The notes under the pieces are model-generated. The model did not search any database. It was given only the letters and a program-made list of their open reading frames with translations, and was not told where the DNA came from. DNA of 64,000 bases from Vezdaea acicularis (Eukaryota). This document shows positions 22,982-36,186 of the stretch, one piece after another (position 1 is the first letter of the stretch; every line of letters starts with the position of its first letter). The stretch lies in the NCBI GenBank assembly GCA_026025075.1, contig JAPEUI010000008.1, positions 124,001 to 188,000 of the forward strand, in the 5' to 3' direction. The position numbers and the translations under genes are program-made.

Positions 22982-24421
22982 CGGCTATTGGAGGCTTTGG
23001 TCAACCGGATGCTGGCTCCTCCATTTAGATCAAGGGCCTTTTGCGCATCTTCCTCCTTTTGTGGCGAAATATTGCGGGCATCTTTGGGACCTTGGCGCTT
23101 CTAGGGGGTTTACATCTTAGACTAGCGTTGCTTTGAAGGTCTCTGGTAACGGCACGGGACATCTCCTTTAGTAAAATGATATGGCGTAGGTAGCATGGAC
23201 GGGGACTTGAGGGTTATTTTGGGCTGGGTAACTGGAGGCAGTTAGAAAATCTACTTACTTTGAGAGAGACCTATTCCCATCATATGGTTTAACGATCGCA
23301 AGCTGCTGTAAAAAATCAATCGAGCCCATTGTAGCGTCGTCCAAGAAGTCATTCGCCTTTCCATAAATTCAAAAAATATCAACAAGGTCCCATGGTTGTC
23401 CCTTTTGGTATTATAAGAGTACATGGTGAATTTGATTGGTCGGCCCTCGGAGAATTTCTGGTGAGATGGAAGCCGATTACGCTAGAAATGCATGTGCCGC
23501 AGATGTGATAGCCAAAGCGACCAACAACTTCGCTCCATCCCACACGACGCCATCACTCCCGCCAGCCCAAGGCCACCCATTCATTGCTCCATCGCAATAC
23601 TTCAGGCAACGGAATTGGCCGAGTGCCAGTCAGGTTCTGGCGTTGATAAAACGTGTACGACTAGTGCTGCCGATGATGGAAGCCATGGCAATAGGGCTAT
23701 CCTTTGCTATCGTCATAGTCCTCGGCGTCGTCATCCGACGGCGCCCGGGTGATATTTTCTTATTTTCCTAATTTTCTATATTCTCTAAGTACTCCTCGTA
23801 CTTTTTTGCGCTCTTACTGCTGAAAGTCTAAGGACATATTCTGCTTGACTGCTGTTCGGCATATCTCCATCACATCGCGATTCTGGATCAGCGAGGCCAC
23901 GCGGCTTACAAGCGGACATTCCTGGCCCTTGCTTTGTAGTAGTTCGATCAAGGAGTTCTCTCCACCTGAAATTCCTTGCTTTTATACATTCGCCATTATC
24001 TGAACTGCGGCGTGGTCTAGACCTCCGTTGATAGGTACGGTTCGTCGCATTCTTTCTCTACGCCAATCTCGCGTGCACGTTGCTGGGTGTCCCAATGTGG
24101 AACCTTGTTTTCCTTGGTTCTTCATATAGCTTACGAAGATGGTACATTTTACGCGTTCATCACTATTTTTGAGATAGGGAAACTTTCTGAGCTGCTAGAG
24201 ATTCTACCAATTCGAAATCTTGACGGCTCGCATTTTAACTATTATATTACTCAACTCTTTCTTGCAATTTTCACCCTACTCAGTTGCTAAACGGGGCCTT
24301 TTGGTGGTTGATCGTGTATTCTATTGAGCTTTTGCATTTCTCATATATTCTATATCTTTTATATCTTCTAAGAAGGCACATCAGCGTCATCGCAAAGGCT
24401 TGACCCAGAGCGAGGATCAAT

Positions 24422-27400
24422 ATGCCTGGCTACCCACCCTGTTCCTTGCTTTTTGTTAGGAGATTTGCCTTGCTAATATTAATTTGTAGTTATCCAGAGA
24501 CACAAGCTCTACCGCAAGCCCTGCCTTCGGCGCCGACATCTCTCACGTCTGGAATCCAACCGGGAAACGTGTCATATCCGGTAACACTGTCGTCTGGATC
24601 CGCGGATAAGAATCAAACTGTTGCGACTTGTTCTGCGGCCTCTTCAATTATAAACTATCGAAACCAATCAAGCACAGACTTGCATACCTTTGTATCAGGC
24701 CTTTCCAGTTTGACATTGAAAGAATTGGCCTCTTCAACTTTTTCCCTTAGTATAAGTTCAAATTCAGCACAAAACACTGCGGCATCTTCGAGAGCCCCAC
24801 CTGATTTTGAGAACCGACAGAATCCAGCAGAAGCAACATCGCCATCTCCGTCGTCGCAGAAGGGATCAGTAGTGACTCTAACATCTAGCGGAAGAGTAGT
24901 GCAGAGCCTCCCGCCTCCGAATACTCCCCCGAGTTTAAAAGGAGTAAGTCATAATCTTTGATCATATCTTGTTATGCTCGTGCTAAGTTACCCACTCTAA
25001 GACCATTTATACATCGTTAGATTGTGCTGGACACAGGACTGTGCAGCCATTTCCTACCTGCCAAATTCCAGCACCTACGACCACAATAACCTCTCGTCAT
25101 ACCGTGACAGTCACTTATCATTACCCAGACCAAATCCCCTTTCAAGAAAGATCATCAACAACAAGTTCGGGATCCCTTCCAAAAACGGAAATGTCACAAA
25201 AACCTTTGACACAATCTAAGGCCCTGGCCCCTGATATTTTTCAGCCAATATCCACATCAGCCCCACCTTCGCAAATTGAGAGTCGCCCTGACCACCCGGT
25301 TCCCCGTCTCGGGATTGTGGCGCAGAGCTCCCCTATTCCAACTAATAAGTTTTACGCGAATCTGTTTCTTGGAGGCCAGAACCAAGGCGTATGGACACAC
25401 CCGTATTCTGTATCTTGGAGCAAAGGCTCAGGAAATGCGGCAAGTTGGGGTATGAGCGTCTCGCACATTGATGCTGACCAGTTGGCTTTTGGGCCGGGGA
25501 CACCTGCCCAATACTTTATTAATCCTATCGGGCTACAGTCCATTGTTTTGTCAGCAACGTCTCTGACTAAAACGACTACTCTGACCACCGATTCGCTTGG
25601 TGCATTCTCTGCAAATGTCAACCTTCTGCCTTCTGCTGGCGCTCAACCAGCTATTACTTTTCCTCTAGTCCAAGGTATGGGTTTCGTGACCGCCATATAT
25701 ACAGGCAGTGTACCAGTCCTCCAGAGTAGCATTTTCTTCCGGACAGTCACACAGGTAGCATCCCCCCAACAGGGCATCACCAAGTACAAGATTGTCCTCG
25801 AAGACGGCAAGACGTGGCTAGCATATGCCTCTGGTCCTGCTATCGACCTTAAAGTGGTCTCAAACGGTCTAGTCCAAGCGGATGCAGCATTCAATGGAAC
25901 GATCCAGGTCGCAAAGAATCCGGGAGATAATGCAGCTGGTGAAGCTGCGTATGATGCTGCCGCTGGAGCATATGCAACTAGCGCGACGGTTTCCGGTTCA
26001 GTCAGTGGTACTACCGGAACCTATAACCTGCAGTGGGCTAAGGCTGGTCTGACAAACAAGACGCTGCTGATGTTCGCTCTCCCGCATCATATCCAGAGCT
26101 TCGATGGTGCAACCGCCGCCAAGAAGACCCCAATTCAGCTCAACACTACCACCAAAGGCTCCGCAACGGCCATGGCTGCTGATGCCTTCACTATGGTCGA
26201 ACCCAACATGCCAACGGACATGGGCTTTGCGCCCTGGACACCTCAGGCTCGAAGTCAATCAAACCTTTCCACTTCCGCTGTAAGCGCTATCAACAATGTC
26301 GCTACCTCTGAAGTGTCCCAAGATATCAACGGGCAGACGAATCTCGACAGCATGTATTTCAGCGGCAAAGGCTTGGCAAAATTCGCACAAATTGTCTACG
26401 TGCTCAATGATCTGTCGAAGAATAGCAGTCTGGCACAGACGGGCCTTGCAAATCTCAAAAGTGCGTTCGCCGTCTTTGCGAATAACAGGCAGAAGTACCC
26501 GCTTGTGTATGAGACCGCCTGGAAAGGGGTAGTTTCGACCGGATCATATGTGACTGGGGACAGCGGGCAAGACTTTGGGAACACGTATTACAACGACCAC
26601 CACTTCCATTTCGGGTATTTTATCTACGCTGCCTCGATCATCGGGTATCTCGACTCCTCGTGGCTAGCTGGCAACGCCGATTGGGTCAACACGCTCGTGC
26701 GCGACGCCGCGAACCCTAGCACCAACGACACCTTCTTCCCCTTTTCGCGCTCCTTTGACTGGTTCCACGGGCACTCATGGGCCAAGGGTCTGTTTGAGTC
26801 GGCCGACGGCAAAGACGAGGAGTCCTCCTCCGAAGATGCGCTGTTCAGCTATGCGGTCAAGATGTGGGGCAAAACCATCGGCGATGCCAACATGGAAGCC
26901 CGCGGGAACCTCATGCTGAGCATCCAGGCGCGGAGCTTGCAGAACTACTTCTTGATGCAGAGCAACAACACCAACCATCCTGCGAACTTCATCGGCAATA
27001 AAGTCACCGGCATCCTCTTTGAGAACAAGGCGGATCACGTCACCTACTTTGGGGCCAATACGGAGTATATCCAGGGGTATGCCTTTTCCGCTCTCTTTCC
27101 TTCTCCCCCTTTCCCTTGGCCCTTACTAATCTAACCCCGCGACAAGCATCCACATGATCCCCCTCGCCCCCTTCAGCACGCTCACACGCACCCCCACCTT
27201 CATCACCGAAGAATGGAACACCTACTTCTCCAACGGGCGCGTCGACAGCGTCGCCGGCGGCTGGCGCGGCATCCTCTACGCCAACTACGCCATCATCAAC
27301 CCCGCCGCCGCGTGGGCCTTTTTCACCGCCCAGGCCTTTGATGCCGGATGGCTGGATGGAGGCGCGAGTCGCACTTGGTATTTGGCTTGGGTTGCTGGTG

Positions 27401-27544
27401 AGTTTTTTGAGCAATTTTTTTATTATCCTGGTGTGTTGGTGGGGCGAGTAGGGGATTGAAGGGGTGCTGCTAGGGGAAGTCCGACGATTCAAAAGCGTGA
27501 GTGGCTAACGCGCTATCACAGGCTTGGGCGGCGCGCCTTCGTAG
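24422..27544 (+). CDS. ENG1: Endo-1,3(4)-beta-glucanase, GH81 family (Eng1/Dse4-like)
   Basis: Signal peptide (..FALLILICSYPETQA-LPQ) and S/T-rich N-terminal region. Motifs PTNKFYANLFL, DSMYFSGKGLAK, DFGNTYYNDHHFHFGY, DGKDEESSSED. Introns 24944-25001, 27077-27146, 27398-27521. Confidence 0.92.
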
Positions 27545-28429
27545 ATTTAATATATACTCCCCACCATTCATGACCACGGAAGGTGTTTGTCCCTCCATCT
27601 GACTCCTCCTCGCAATCTTTTCACGACGACGACGACATGACTTTTCTTGGAAGAAAAAAGGTAGGAGGTTCACCAGATCTCGCTAACGCAGGTACTTCTT
27701 CGGCTTTAGGAGGATTGGATGAGGGTGTCTGGCTTTGAGCTGGGGCGATATGGGAAATGTGCTGCGGTGAACTGGGCTTGGGCCGGGGAATCGTGGGAAC
27801 GTGCGGGACGGTGCTTGTGCTTCTGGCTATGTCGTTCCATCGAATAACGCTGTTGCGCGAAAAGGGTGGGTTTGGGCCAAGGGGCCGCATAGAATTGTTT
27901 TTGGACAATCAACCCACGTTGAGTTTTTGCAGGTCGCTGGTCGCTGGTTGCAGGGAAGGGGGAAAGGAAAAGGGAAAGGGAAAGGGGGGGGGGTTTGTAC
28001 AAGTTCTTCTATGTACATCGTCCTTTGTTTACGCGTTAACAACGTCAATCGATCAATGCAGCCACCGTCCAAGATGCCAGTACGTGATAATCCTCCCATC
28101 CCATCCATCCTTCGTCCCGGCCGTACGCGATACGTGAAGACCTCTCCTGGGGTTTTGTGGAATCGGGTGGGTGGGGTCAATAGGGGTTGGGTCGTGCTGT
28201 AGGATTATCTCATCTCATCTCATCATACCTTTTATGAGAGAGGGGGAGGAGGATGGGAGAGGGAGGGTTTTCGATTAGTAGCAGTCATGAGTTCCACGCG
28301 CAAGGTTCTGAACATGTGCTATTTTCCATTTTCTATTTTCGGGCAAGAGGTGCGAGGAGGACGGAGTGAAGTGTAGTGGTGGCAGAAGAAAATGTAAATT
28401 TACTGGCGATCTATCAAAGAAGCTGGATA

Positions 28430-28522
28430 CAAGCTCGATTATAAGTTCAAGGTCGATCATAAGCTCGAGCTCAAGCTCAACCATAAGCTCAAGCTCGATC
28501 ATAAGCTCAAGCTCGAGCTCAA
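28430..28522. repeat. Degenerate tandem repeat built on AAGCTC / ATAAGCTCAAGCTCGATC units
   Basis: Read directly; lies just downstream of the VCX1 stop. Confidence 0.85.
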
Positions 28523-28593
28523 CACACCCCACCCCACCATCTCCGCATCCCACTCTCCCATACTCTCCGGCATGACGTAGCCATACTTCACTC

Positions 28594-30207
28594 TCACAGC
28601 CCGACCATGTCGGCGGCGCGCACGACGAGGGAGGTGAATGTGGAGCCGGCGTCGTCGGGGTAGACGAAGAAGGCGAGGGCGATGATGGTGTAGGTCCCGA
28701 GGAGCATGGCGCCTTCGAGGTAGTTGCTTGCGCCGTCTTGGATGAGGTAGTTGACGACCTAAGGGGGGGAATGTGTTAGTGAGAGAAGAAAGGAGGGCGT
28801 GGAAGAAGAGTGACGGAAAGGGGGAAAGCGGAAAAGTGAGAACATACCAAGACGCTGATGAAAAAGACGACAGTCTCGAAAGTCTCGAAGCGGAGCGTCA
28901 TATCGACGCCGATGATCCAGCCGAGGATGACGAGGGCGGGGGTGACGAGGAGGGCGATCTGCATGCTACTGCCGATGGCGACGCCAATGGCGAGGTCCAT
29001 CTTGTCCTTGTAGGCGACGACGACGGCGGTGACGTGTTCGGCGGCGTTGCCGACGATGGGGATGAGGACGAGGCCGACGAAGGTGGTGGAGATGTGGAGG
29101 GTGGCGACGACGGCGGAGATGGAGTCGACGAGGTATTCGGCGCAGATGGCGACGAAGAGGGTGACGATGACGAGCATGGCGCCGGCGGCCCAGGGGTTGA
29201 GCAGGTGTTCCTCGTCCTCGTCGTCGGCTTGGGCCTCGCTGTCGGAGAAGAGGCTGGCGTGCGATTTCAGTTGGAAGTAGAGGTACATGACGTACAGGAT
29301 GAGCAGGATGATGGCGGTGCCGCGGGAGAGGATGAGGATGTTCTTGCGGGAGCTGTCGTGCGAGTCGGCGAGGGCGGCGTAGAGCGTGGCGGGGATGATG
29401 AGGGAGGCCGAGCTGACGGCCATGAGGGAGGACATGGTCGAGGCCACCGTCGTGTTGAAGCGCTGCTCCACCCTCCCGTAACCGCCGGCGACGAAGCAGC
29501 AGCCCAGCACGAGGAGGATGTTGGAGAGGATGGAGCCGAGCATGCTAGATTGCACGATGCGGATCTGGTTGTTTTTGAGGGCTACGATGGAGACCTGTGA
29601 TGGGGGAAAAGGGGGGTCATGATGTCAGCGGGGGTTTGATCTGAAAGAAGGGGGGGCGAGGGAAAAGGGGGGCTCGATATATGTTCGTAGATTGAAGAAC
29701 AGGTGAATGCTAGAGGAAACAACGTACGATCAGTTCGACGGCATTCCCAAAGGTAGCATTGAGCAGGCCGCCCAGCGTCTGGCCCAACGGCACACTGATC
29801 TCCTCCGTGGCAAAGCTCAGCAGCGCCGCGAGGGGGATGATCGCGAGGAAGTTGAGGGCAAAGACCGCCGTCGGCTTCCATCCCATGGCCCCCGAGATGA
29901 TACCCAGCGGCACGAAGACGAGCAGCAGGTTGACATAGTTATTCGTGAGGATCTTCCAGGTGATGATGAGCGTGTGCGCCGGCCATCTCATCCACATGGG
30001 CCGGTCGTCTCGGTCCGCCGTCCGGATGCGGCCGAGGAGCGAGGTGTGCTCGTCCGCATGGACGGAGCCGTTGCCGGTGGAGTATTGAGGCATGTCTTCC
30101 TCGCCGCCGCCATGCCCCAGGTGCCCACTGAGGCCGGAGATGGCGCGGTGGAACTCTTTGCGTGCCTTGGAAGCTTGCTTGCTGAGAGGGGTGCCCGCTG
30201 GTGCCAT
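28594..30207 (-). CDS. VCX1: Vacuolar Ca2+/H+ exchanger (CAX family)
   Basis: [54 protein letters not shown]. Introns 29595-29727 and 28759-28847. Confidence 0.93.
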
Positions 30208-31705
30208 CGACGAGCGCGAGGTTGAGAGTCAGCCTTTTTGTGTTATATAGTCATCGCGAGACGGAGACAAACACCCGTACACATACACAGCTCAAACTAA
30301 CACAAGGGGTTCAAACAAGGTTAAGGTATTATACAGGTGAAGCAGAGAAGGGATATGAACAAGACACCGAAGAAAAAAGAGAAGAGACACGACTTGGGGG
30401 CAGCACCACGAGGCGCTTATGTGTTGGACGACGGAATCATGTAGCGTCAGTGCCAAGCTTCCTCCGAAGCGTCTGATCGGGTGTCTATTGCGGCACTGCT
30501 CGCACGAAGGAAATGACGGGAGGACAAGAGACGAATGCGTGGAAGGGCCTATCTGAACTCACACATTGCGACTTGGAGGAAGGAACCACACAATCCCTTG
30601 AGATTCGAGGACGCCCGCGTTGCCTACTCAATCGAAAGGGCGAGAGGCGCAACTCGGGGGGTGGTGGGGAGGGTGGCCGTTTGCGGCGAAAATCGAGCTC
30701 GATCTGATCTCCGGAGAACGACACCGGGCCGACGTCGTCGTCGTCGTTCTTACTGGAGCAGAAAGGACGTCAAGACTATATCCTGACGTGATAGACAATT
30801 CCAATTGATCGAAGAAGAGAGCGAGCGAGACCGAGAGAAAAGATCGTGAGGGAAGTTCAATTGCCCAGTTTGACGCAACAACGCGCGATCTGCTGGCGCT
30901 GCTCTTCCCGTGAAGCTCCCCTCTCCCGGGGCCAAGCTCCCCCAAGGTCGAGCCTCCAGCGTCATCGGCTCGTCCTGGATGCCGGCGGAAGGAGGCTGTG
31001 CAGTGGCCCCTCTCCACCGGCACTTTCGGGGCCCGTTCGCCTCGCTACAGCGCGCTTAGCTCCTCCCGCGCGGGAAAGCTCTGCCGCAGATATCCTAATC
31101 GTGGCGGACATATCTCAGATCGACCGAGCAACTGTATTCATGACGCGTACAATCCACAACCCAACATCCCGAGCATGGCATCAAGGAGCGAGAAAAAGCG
31201 AAAGAGATTGCGCACGCTTCTTGGCAAATCCCCGTGCTCTCATCCTGCCCATCGGATAAACCAGCACCGCCAAGGCCGCGCCGGACGGACCGTCATCTTT
31301 CCGTCCATCTCGGCCTCTCCTTGGCGGTCTAAGCCACGCTCTTGGCATCGAATCCCCTTCCGACCGCGCGCACCCGGGAGGGTACGTGTAACACATGGGT
31401 CCTGGCGATCGATGAGGGTTATATGAAATTTAATGAGGAATAGAAGGGGAGAAAAAGGAGAAAGCCCTTGGATGGAATGATTCGGGATACCTCAAATATG
31501 CTGTAGAAGCCCGCTCTCCCTCGTTCTCTGGGCTTGGCGTGGACGAACAGGTGGGGGCCGCATTGAGTGGTGGGATCAAGCTATGGAATCGTGGATATAT
31601 CTACGACGTTTGATGCCATATACAACTCTAAAAACAAAGTCCGAAAGTGCCGCGCTCCCGATTGATTGCGTCATATACAGGCGTCCCCGGAGGGGGGGAC
31701 ATCTC

Positions 31706-32691
31706 TTAGATCCCCAACGCATCAAACTTCCCCCTCGCCTCTCTCCGCCTCCTCTCCCTCTCCCTCTCTTCGCGCTTCACCCTCTCCGCCTCCCTCTCCC
31801 TCCTCCGCTCCTCCCTCCGCCTCTCCCGCTCCTCCTTCCGCCTCTCCCGCTCCTTCTGCCTCTTCTCCTGCTTCTCCTCCCTCCTCTTCTCCCGCCACTG
31901 CTCCTCGCTCAGTCCCAACTTCCTACACTCCACCTCCCTCGCAATCCTCTTCTTCTCTGCCACCGAGCCGGCCACTTTGAGCGTCGCCACTTCTTGTGCT
32001 GTCAAAATCCACGGCGCGCGCAGATGCGTCGATTGGAAGCTGAGGAGAGCGCGCATGTGCGCCAGCTCATGCGTCGTGCTGGGCACGAGCGCGAGTTTGA
32101 TGACGTCCACTTGTCGCGCGTTGCGGTATATCCGGATTGTTCCCTTGACGCACACGACGTTGCCTACTTCGAGGAGAGTGTGGTCGATCTGGTCCTCCGG
32201 CCGCGGGTTCTCCAACGGTTCGCTCTTTTGTACCTCGGACTTGGCCATAGCTTCACTGTTTCCCGTTGGGATGACGGCAGTATCTTTGCCCTCGCCAAGG
32301 TCCAATTCCTTGTGTTTCACTTCAGGAAGATCATACTTCAGCTCGACCGTTCGGCCCGAGCTATCGTCGAGCTCCGCAAGCCCAAATTTGTCGTAGTGGT
32401 CAACGGACACGACCACGCCGGTGATCCGGATCCATTTAATCGGATGGTTGAGGTGAAAATACGTCTTCTGTCCTATAGCCACCCAACATAGTAAGCCACC
32501 AGCTCTAGAAAAGCAGGGGAAATAACAAACAAACAGCGCGACGAACCCTGAAACTCCGGAATAGCTCTCAGCGCAGGCAATTGGGCGCACGTCAGGTACA
32601 CCCAGCTATTATACGTCACCGAGCTCGGGAACGTGAACGCAGGATAATCTTCATATCCTGGGACGGTGGAGTTGTCGGGCGAGAGGGGCAT
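31706..32691 (-). CDS. STN1: CST complex subunit Stn1 (OB-fold)
   Basis: YPAFTFPSSVTYNSWV..G|QKTYFHLNHPIKWIRITGVVV..LDDSSG, intron 32473-32546; R/E-rich coiled tail. Confidence 0.8.
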
Positions 32692-33507
32692 GTCATGATT
32701 GTGAGATGGGAGGGGAAAAAAAACGACGCGTCTGGGTTAGCTTAGACAGGTCGTCCTGTTAAGAAGGAGCGAACGTCGATCGTGAGGGTTTGGGGGCGGC
32801 GCGTGCATCCTTGCCAAGCTAAGCGTAACCTTAAATTGCTGATCCCCGGTTACCTGTGCCACATGCAGCCGTAACGGGAATGCACTCATCCTGATGCTCT
32901 CTTATTGGCGGGATGGTCGTTGAGTTTGGAGGGTCAACAACTTAATTTGCACGTTTTGTCCTCAAGGCACGCTCTAGCGGTGTTCCATTGTTGGTTACTT
33001 GCTTGATGCTAGGATCTATGGAAGGAGTCTTTGCCACCCAAGAGGTCGCGAATCTACAGCACGGGAGTCTACATCCAGGCCCGCCCCCACCAATGTGAAA
33101 AGCAAGAGGTATATACACATGCAAACATAGAAAGCCCAGGGGGAGGAAATATGGTACAGGATGAGTGGATGAACGAGAAGCCTCGTGCCTAAGCTGTTGC
33201 ACACTCCTCGCCTTCGCTCGATTTTGGTCTAAGATGCTGATCAAAAGGGTATACGTGTCGAATAGTGGGGCTATCATAGCGACAGAAAGGAAATCGGAAA
33301 AGCTCCGCCAGAGATTGAAGGAGAATAATGATACATAACATCGCCGAGTCGCCCGTAAGACCGAATGAAATCGCCCGCCATTCTAAAATACAGCGAAAGG
33401 AGAGGTCAGTAGGTGCTTGATTAACGCAGTACGCGTCGTCGATAGACGCAAGGAACTACGAGACTCCAATAGACGGTCTGACAAGCACAGGGGGCATGAT
33501 GCGGCCG

Positions 33508-36186
33508 CTATCGATCACCACCTCCTACAGTGACTCCGACTCCAGCAGGCTCAGGGAGGCTCGGCAGCGGACAGTTCGGCGGCGGTGCGGGCGGAGGCAA
33601 ACCTCGTATCAACACCGGCATGCTCTTCCGCTGTTCCAGCTTTCTTTCTCGTCCCGCCTGCCGCGAAGCCCCAATCTTAGGATAAGACGGAGGGACGACC
33701 GTCGATTGGGACTTCGGAGGCGATGCCTGGGTCGGTGATTGGATCATCATGCTGGTCGGTCTTCTAAGTGAGCGAATATTCTCCAAAGCTTTGGGAGGGC
33801 TAGAAGACTTGTACGATGTCTTAGGCCGACGCGGTGATGTGGTACGAGCAGGAGGTAGTGTCGGCGCGGGCGGAAGGGCGTGGCTAGGTGGTAGGGCACG
33901 CAGCCTTGTCTCTGGGAAGTCGTAGGTATTCGAGTCTTGTCGAAGTTCGGAGATAGGTCTGCGGTAATCTGTATACGGGGCGTCGTGGTGGTATGAATCT
34001 CGTATAGCTTCTGCAAACTCATCGTCCGACTCCGAGGCCACTCTTCTCGGCTGCTTGAGAGCCGAGTATCTTTTAGGAGGAGGATCTAGGACAATTGGAT
34101 CACGTGGTCCTGGTGGGAGGTATGTGATGAATTGCTTCTGTGTTGCGGAAGAGGAAGGACGTGAGAACGAGGACCGCCGAGGCTGCGCTTCAGGCGTTCG
34201 CATCCTAGGCTGAGTTTGCTGGAGAGAGTGCATGGTCGATAGCCTGTTCGGATAGTAATGCGCCGGCAAAAGAGGCTGTGAGGTCAGAACCTCCTGTCGC
34301 TCAAAAGGAGCGGAAGATCTCTGACCCTGAAAAGAGCGGGAAGACTTGAGGCTTCCCAGAGAGGGTAATTCGCCAATGGCAGAAGGAGTACGGCGAGCAA
34401 TGCTATGTTGAGGTGGCGGCGAGGGAATAGGAGGTATGCGTGATACTGAATAGCGAGGATTCGGAACACTGAAATTAGGAGCCGAATGAGGTGCGTCGCG
34501 GGTAGACACGCTATCAGGAGCACCATAAGTCGAATGAGGGCGTTGCATATTTGCAGTCGGTGGACGATCATATGCTATAGTGTCCTCCCGGTTTCCAACA
34601 GCCGCGCTCATTGACTGACGGCGACCTCCTCGAGCCGCTAGCATCACCGCTCGACTTTTCGTGGGTGTCCGCGCTTGGGACTCATCTTCCATGGTAGTGA
34701 ATTGATCCGTCACTGGTGAACAAGCGGCCGATGTGCCTGGCGAGGTAGTTACCGTCCGGTTGCCAGATGAAATATATGAAGCCCTGGAGCCTTCACGAAG
34801 GTTGTCAAGCTGGACTTGATCGTTCGATATCACCGTCACACTGGAGACTGACGGTGTCTCCAGAGACGGACGAAAGGATTTACGTCTTGTGGAAATAGGA
34901 GACTGCTCTTCGGCATCAACTGCCTGGACGCCGGGAGGCGCTACGTCCTTTGCTGGTGAAAATTGATTCGGGTTTCTCTTTGTCAGATACCTCCGACCCG
35001 GTAATTGCCGTAACTGATGGGCATCCTTGGGTGCCGCTTGAGCTGGGGTGTTCCCTGAAACATAGTTGCCCCCACCCATGACCTCGATCTCGTTTCTGAT
35101 GGCAACCATCCATTCTCCCATCTCCTTTGCGTTCTCAAAAACCAGCAAGAGCGTGTTCGAGACCCTTTTGACCTCGGACTTCTTCTGAAACGTAAGCCTC
35201 CCGAAGAGAGATTTTGTGTTCTCGACCTCGATCGACCCGTCCTCATCGGCTAACTGTGATATCTGGAGTACGAAATGTTTCCCAGGTATCACATCGCTCA
35301 CGAAAGCGACAGAGTCTTCCCCTAGTTGGAGAACTCTCTCAGGCAATCGATCATACTCGCCATCACCCGCGTATTGCAATAGATAGCCAGATGTCACCAA
35401 CACATATACCTTCTTGGTCCATTCAGCCTTCGAGATTGATCCAGACATCTTTCGCTTGTGCTTCAGCAGAGCCTTTTCTTCCCGCTTCCTTGCTCGGCTT
35501 GCCGTAGAATCGAGATCAATCGCCGAGCGCATCATCTGAGTTCTGAGATTGGTGACACGCTTATGATTTGATAGTCGGAGCACAACATCCGCAGACCAGT
35601 TTGTGGCCGGCAATGAGGCATGTTTGATAGCTTGCGGATACGCCTGGAAAAGTGGTGGAGGCTGCCAGTCTGCCGCAACAATGGGGCGTGACCTGTTCTT
35701 CTTCTTCTTCGAATTTGAACGCATCGAGATCCGAGAAGACTTCGGCACCAGCCTCGGAGTGACTGGCACAGGAGGGAGTTTGGGGACGGGTGGGACACCT
35801 GTATGTGAATGAGGGGTTAGGGGCGCGTCTGGAGCAACGGAGAGGGTCTCGGTGGTACATATAGTCGTAACGCTTGTAGTTGCAGTGAGCGGACGATCGA
35901 CTGCTGAGGTCGATTTGGATCCTAAGCTTGTCCGAGGTGCGTAATGGTTTGACGTCCTGGCCGACCTTGAAGAGCGCCTGAACATTCCCCAGCGACTCGA
36001 TGAAGGCGGATCTTTGGCGGATGTCTTTGGAAGTGGGGTCAATGGCTCACGCACATGCTCTTCACCATGTGCATGCCCATGTGTAGGGGGATGCGACCTT
36101 TGGTTGTGGCTGGAAAGTACACGTAATGTTGGTGAGCGGCTCCCACCCACGAGTATACCTGGACTGGTTGGGATGTCTTCCGCCAT
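33508..36186 (-). CDS. PH-domain-containing, largely disordered fungal protein
   Basis: Single long ORF. PH-like segment WTKKVYVLVTSGYLLQYAG...LLLVFENAKEMGEWMVAIRNEI; Pro-rich C-terminus. Confidence 0.8.
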   Translation of the reverse strand: MAEDIPTSPGILVGGSRSPTLRVLSSHNQRSHPPTHGHAHGEEHVREPLTPLPKTSAKDPPSSSRWGMFRRSSRSARTSNHYAPRTSLGSKSTSAVDRPLTATTSVTTICTTETLSVAPDAPLTPHSHTGVPPVPKLPPVPVTPRLVPKSSRISMRSNSKKKKNRSRPIVAADWQPPPLFQAYPQAIKHASLPATNWSADVVLRLSNHKRVTNLRTQMMRSAIDLDSTASRARKREEKALLKHKRKMSGSISKAEWTKKVYVLVTSGYLLQYAGDGEYDRLPERVLQLGEDSVAFVSDVIPGKHFVLQISQLADEDGSIEVENTKSLFGRLTFQKKSEVKRVSNTLLLVFENAKEMGEWMVAIRNEIEVMGGGNYVSGNTPAQAAPKDAHQLRQLPGRRYLTKRNPNQFSPAKDVAPPGVQAVDAEEQSPISTRRKSFRPSLETPSVSSVTVISNDQVQLDNLREGSRASYISSGNRTVTTSPGTSAACSPVTDQFTTMEDESQARTPTKSRAVMLAARGGRRQSMSAAVGNREDTIAYDRPPTANMQRPHSTYGAPDSVSTRDAPHSAPNFSVPNPRYSVSRIPPIPSPPPQHSIARRTPSAIGELPSLGSLKSSRSFQGQRSSAPFERQEVLTSQPLLPAHYYPNRLSTMHSLQQTQPRMRTPEAQPRRSSFSRPSSSATQKQFITYLPPGPRDPIVLDPPPKRYSALKQPRRVASESDDEFAEAIRDSYHHDAPYTDYRRPISELRQDSNTYDFPETRLRALPPSHALPPAPTLPPARTTSPRRPKTSYKSSSPPKALENIRSLRRPTSMMIQSPTQASPPKSQSTVVPPSYPKIGASRQAGRERKLEQRKSMPVLIRGLPPPAPPPNCPLPSLPEPAGVGVTVGGGDR

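Noticed and set aside
23436..23771. 111-aa ORF with hydrophobic end upstream of the GH81 gene
   Set aside because: TTG start, no family features and no convincing splice into ENG1; a short uORF from ATG near 23673 cannot be excluded.
28430..28522. Possible CRISPR-like array
   Set aside because: No unique spacers, eukaryotic context, no cas genes.
28773..29600. 275-aa acidic + strand ORF
   Set aside because: Antisense shadow of the C-ending codon bias of VCX1.
31583..32491. 302-aa Pro/Leu-rich + strand ORF
   Set aside because: Antisense to STN1 and its R/E-rich tail.
32726..32731. ACGCGT (MCB-like) upstream of STN1
   Set aside because: Single hexamer only 35 nt from the ATG; plausible but not distinguishable from chance.
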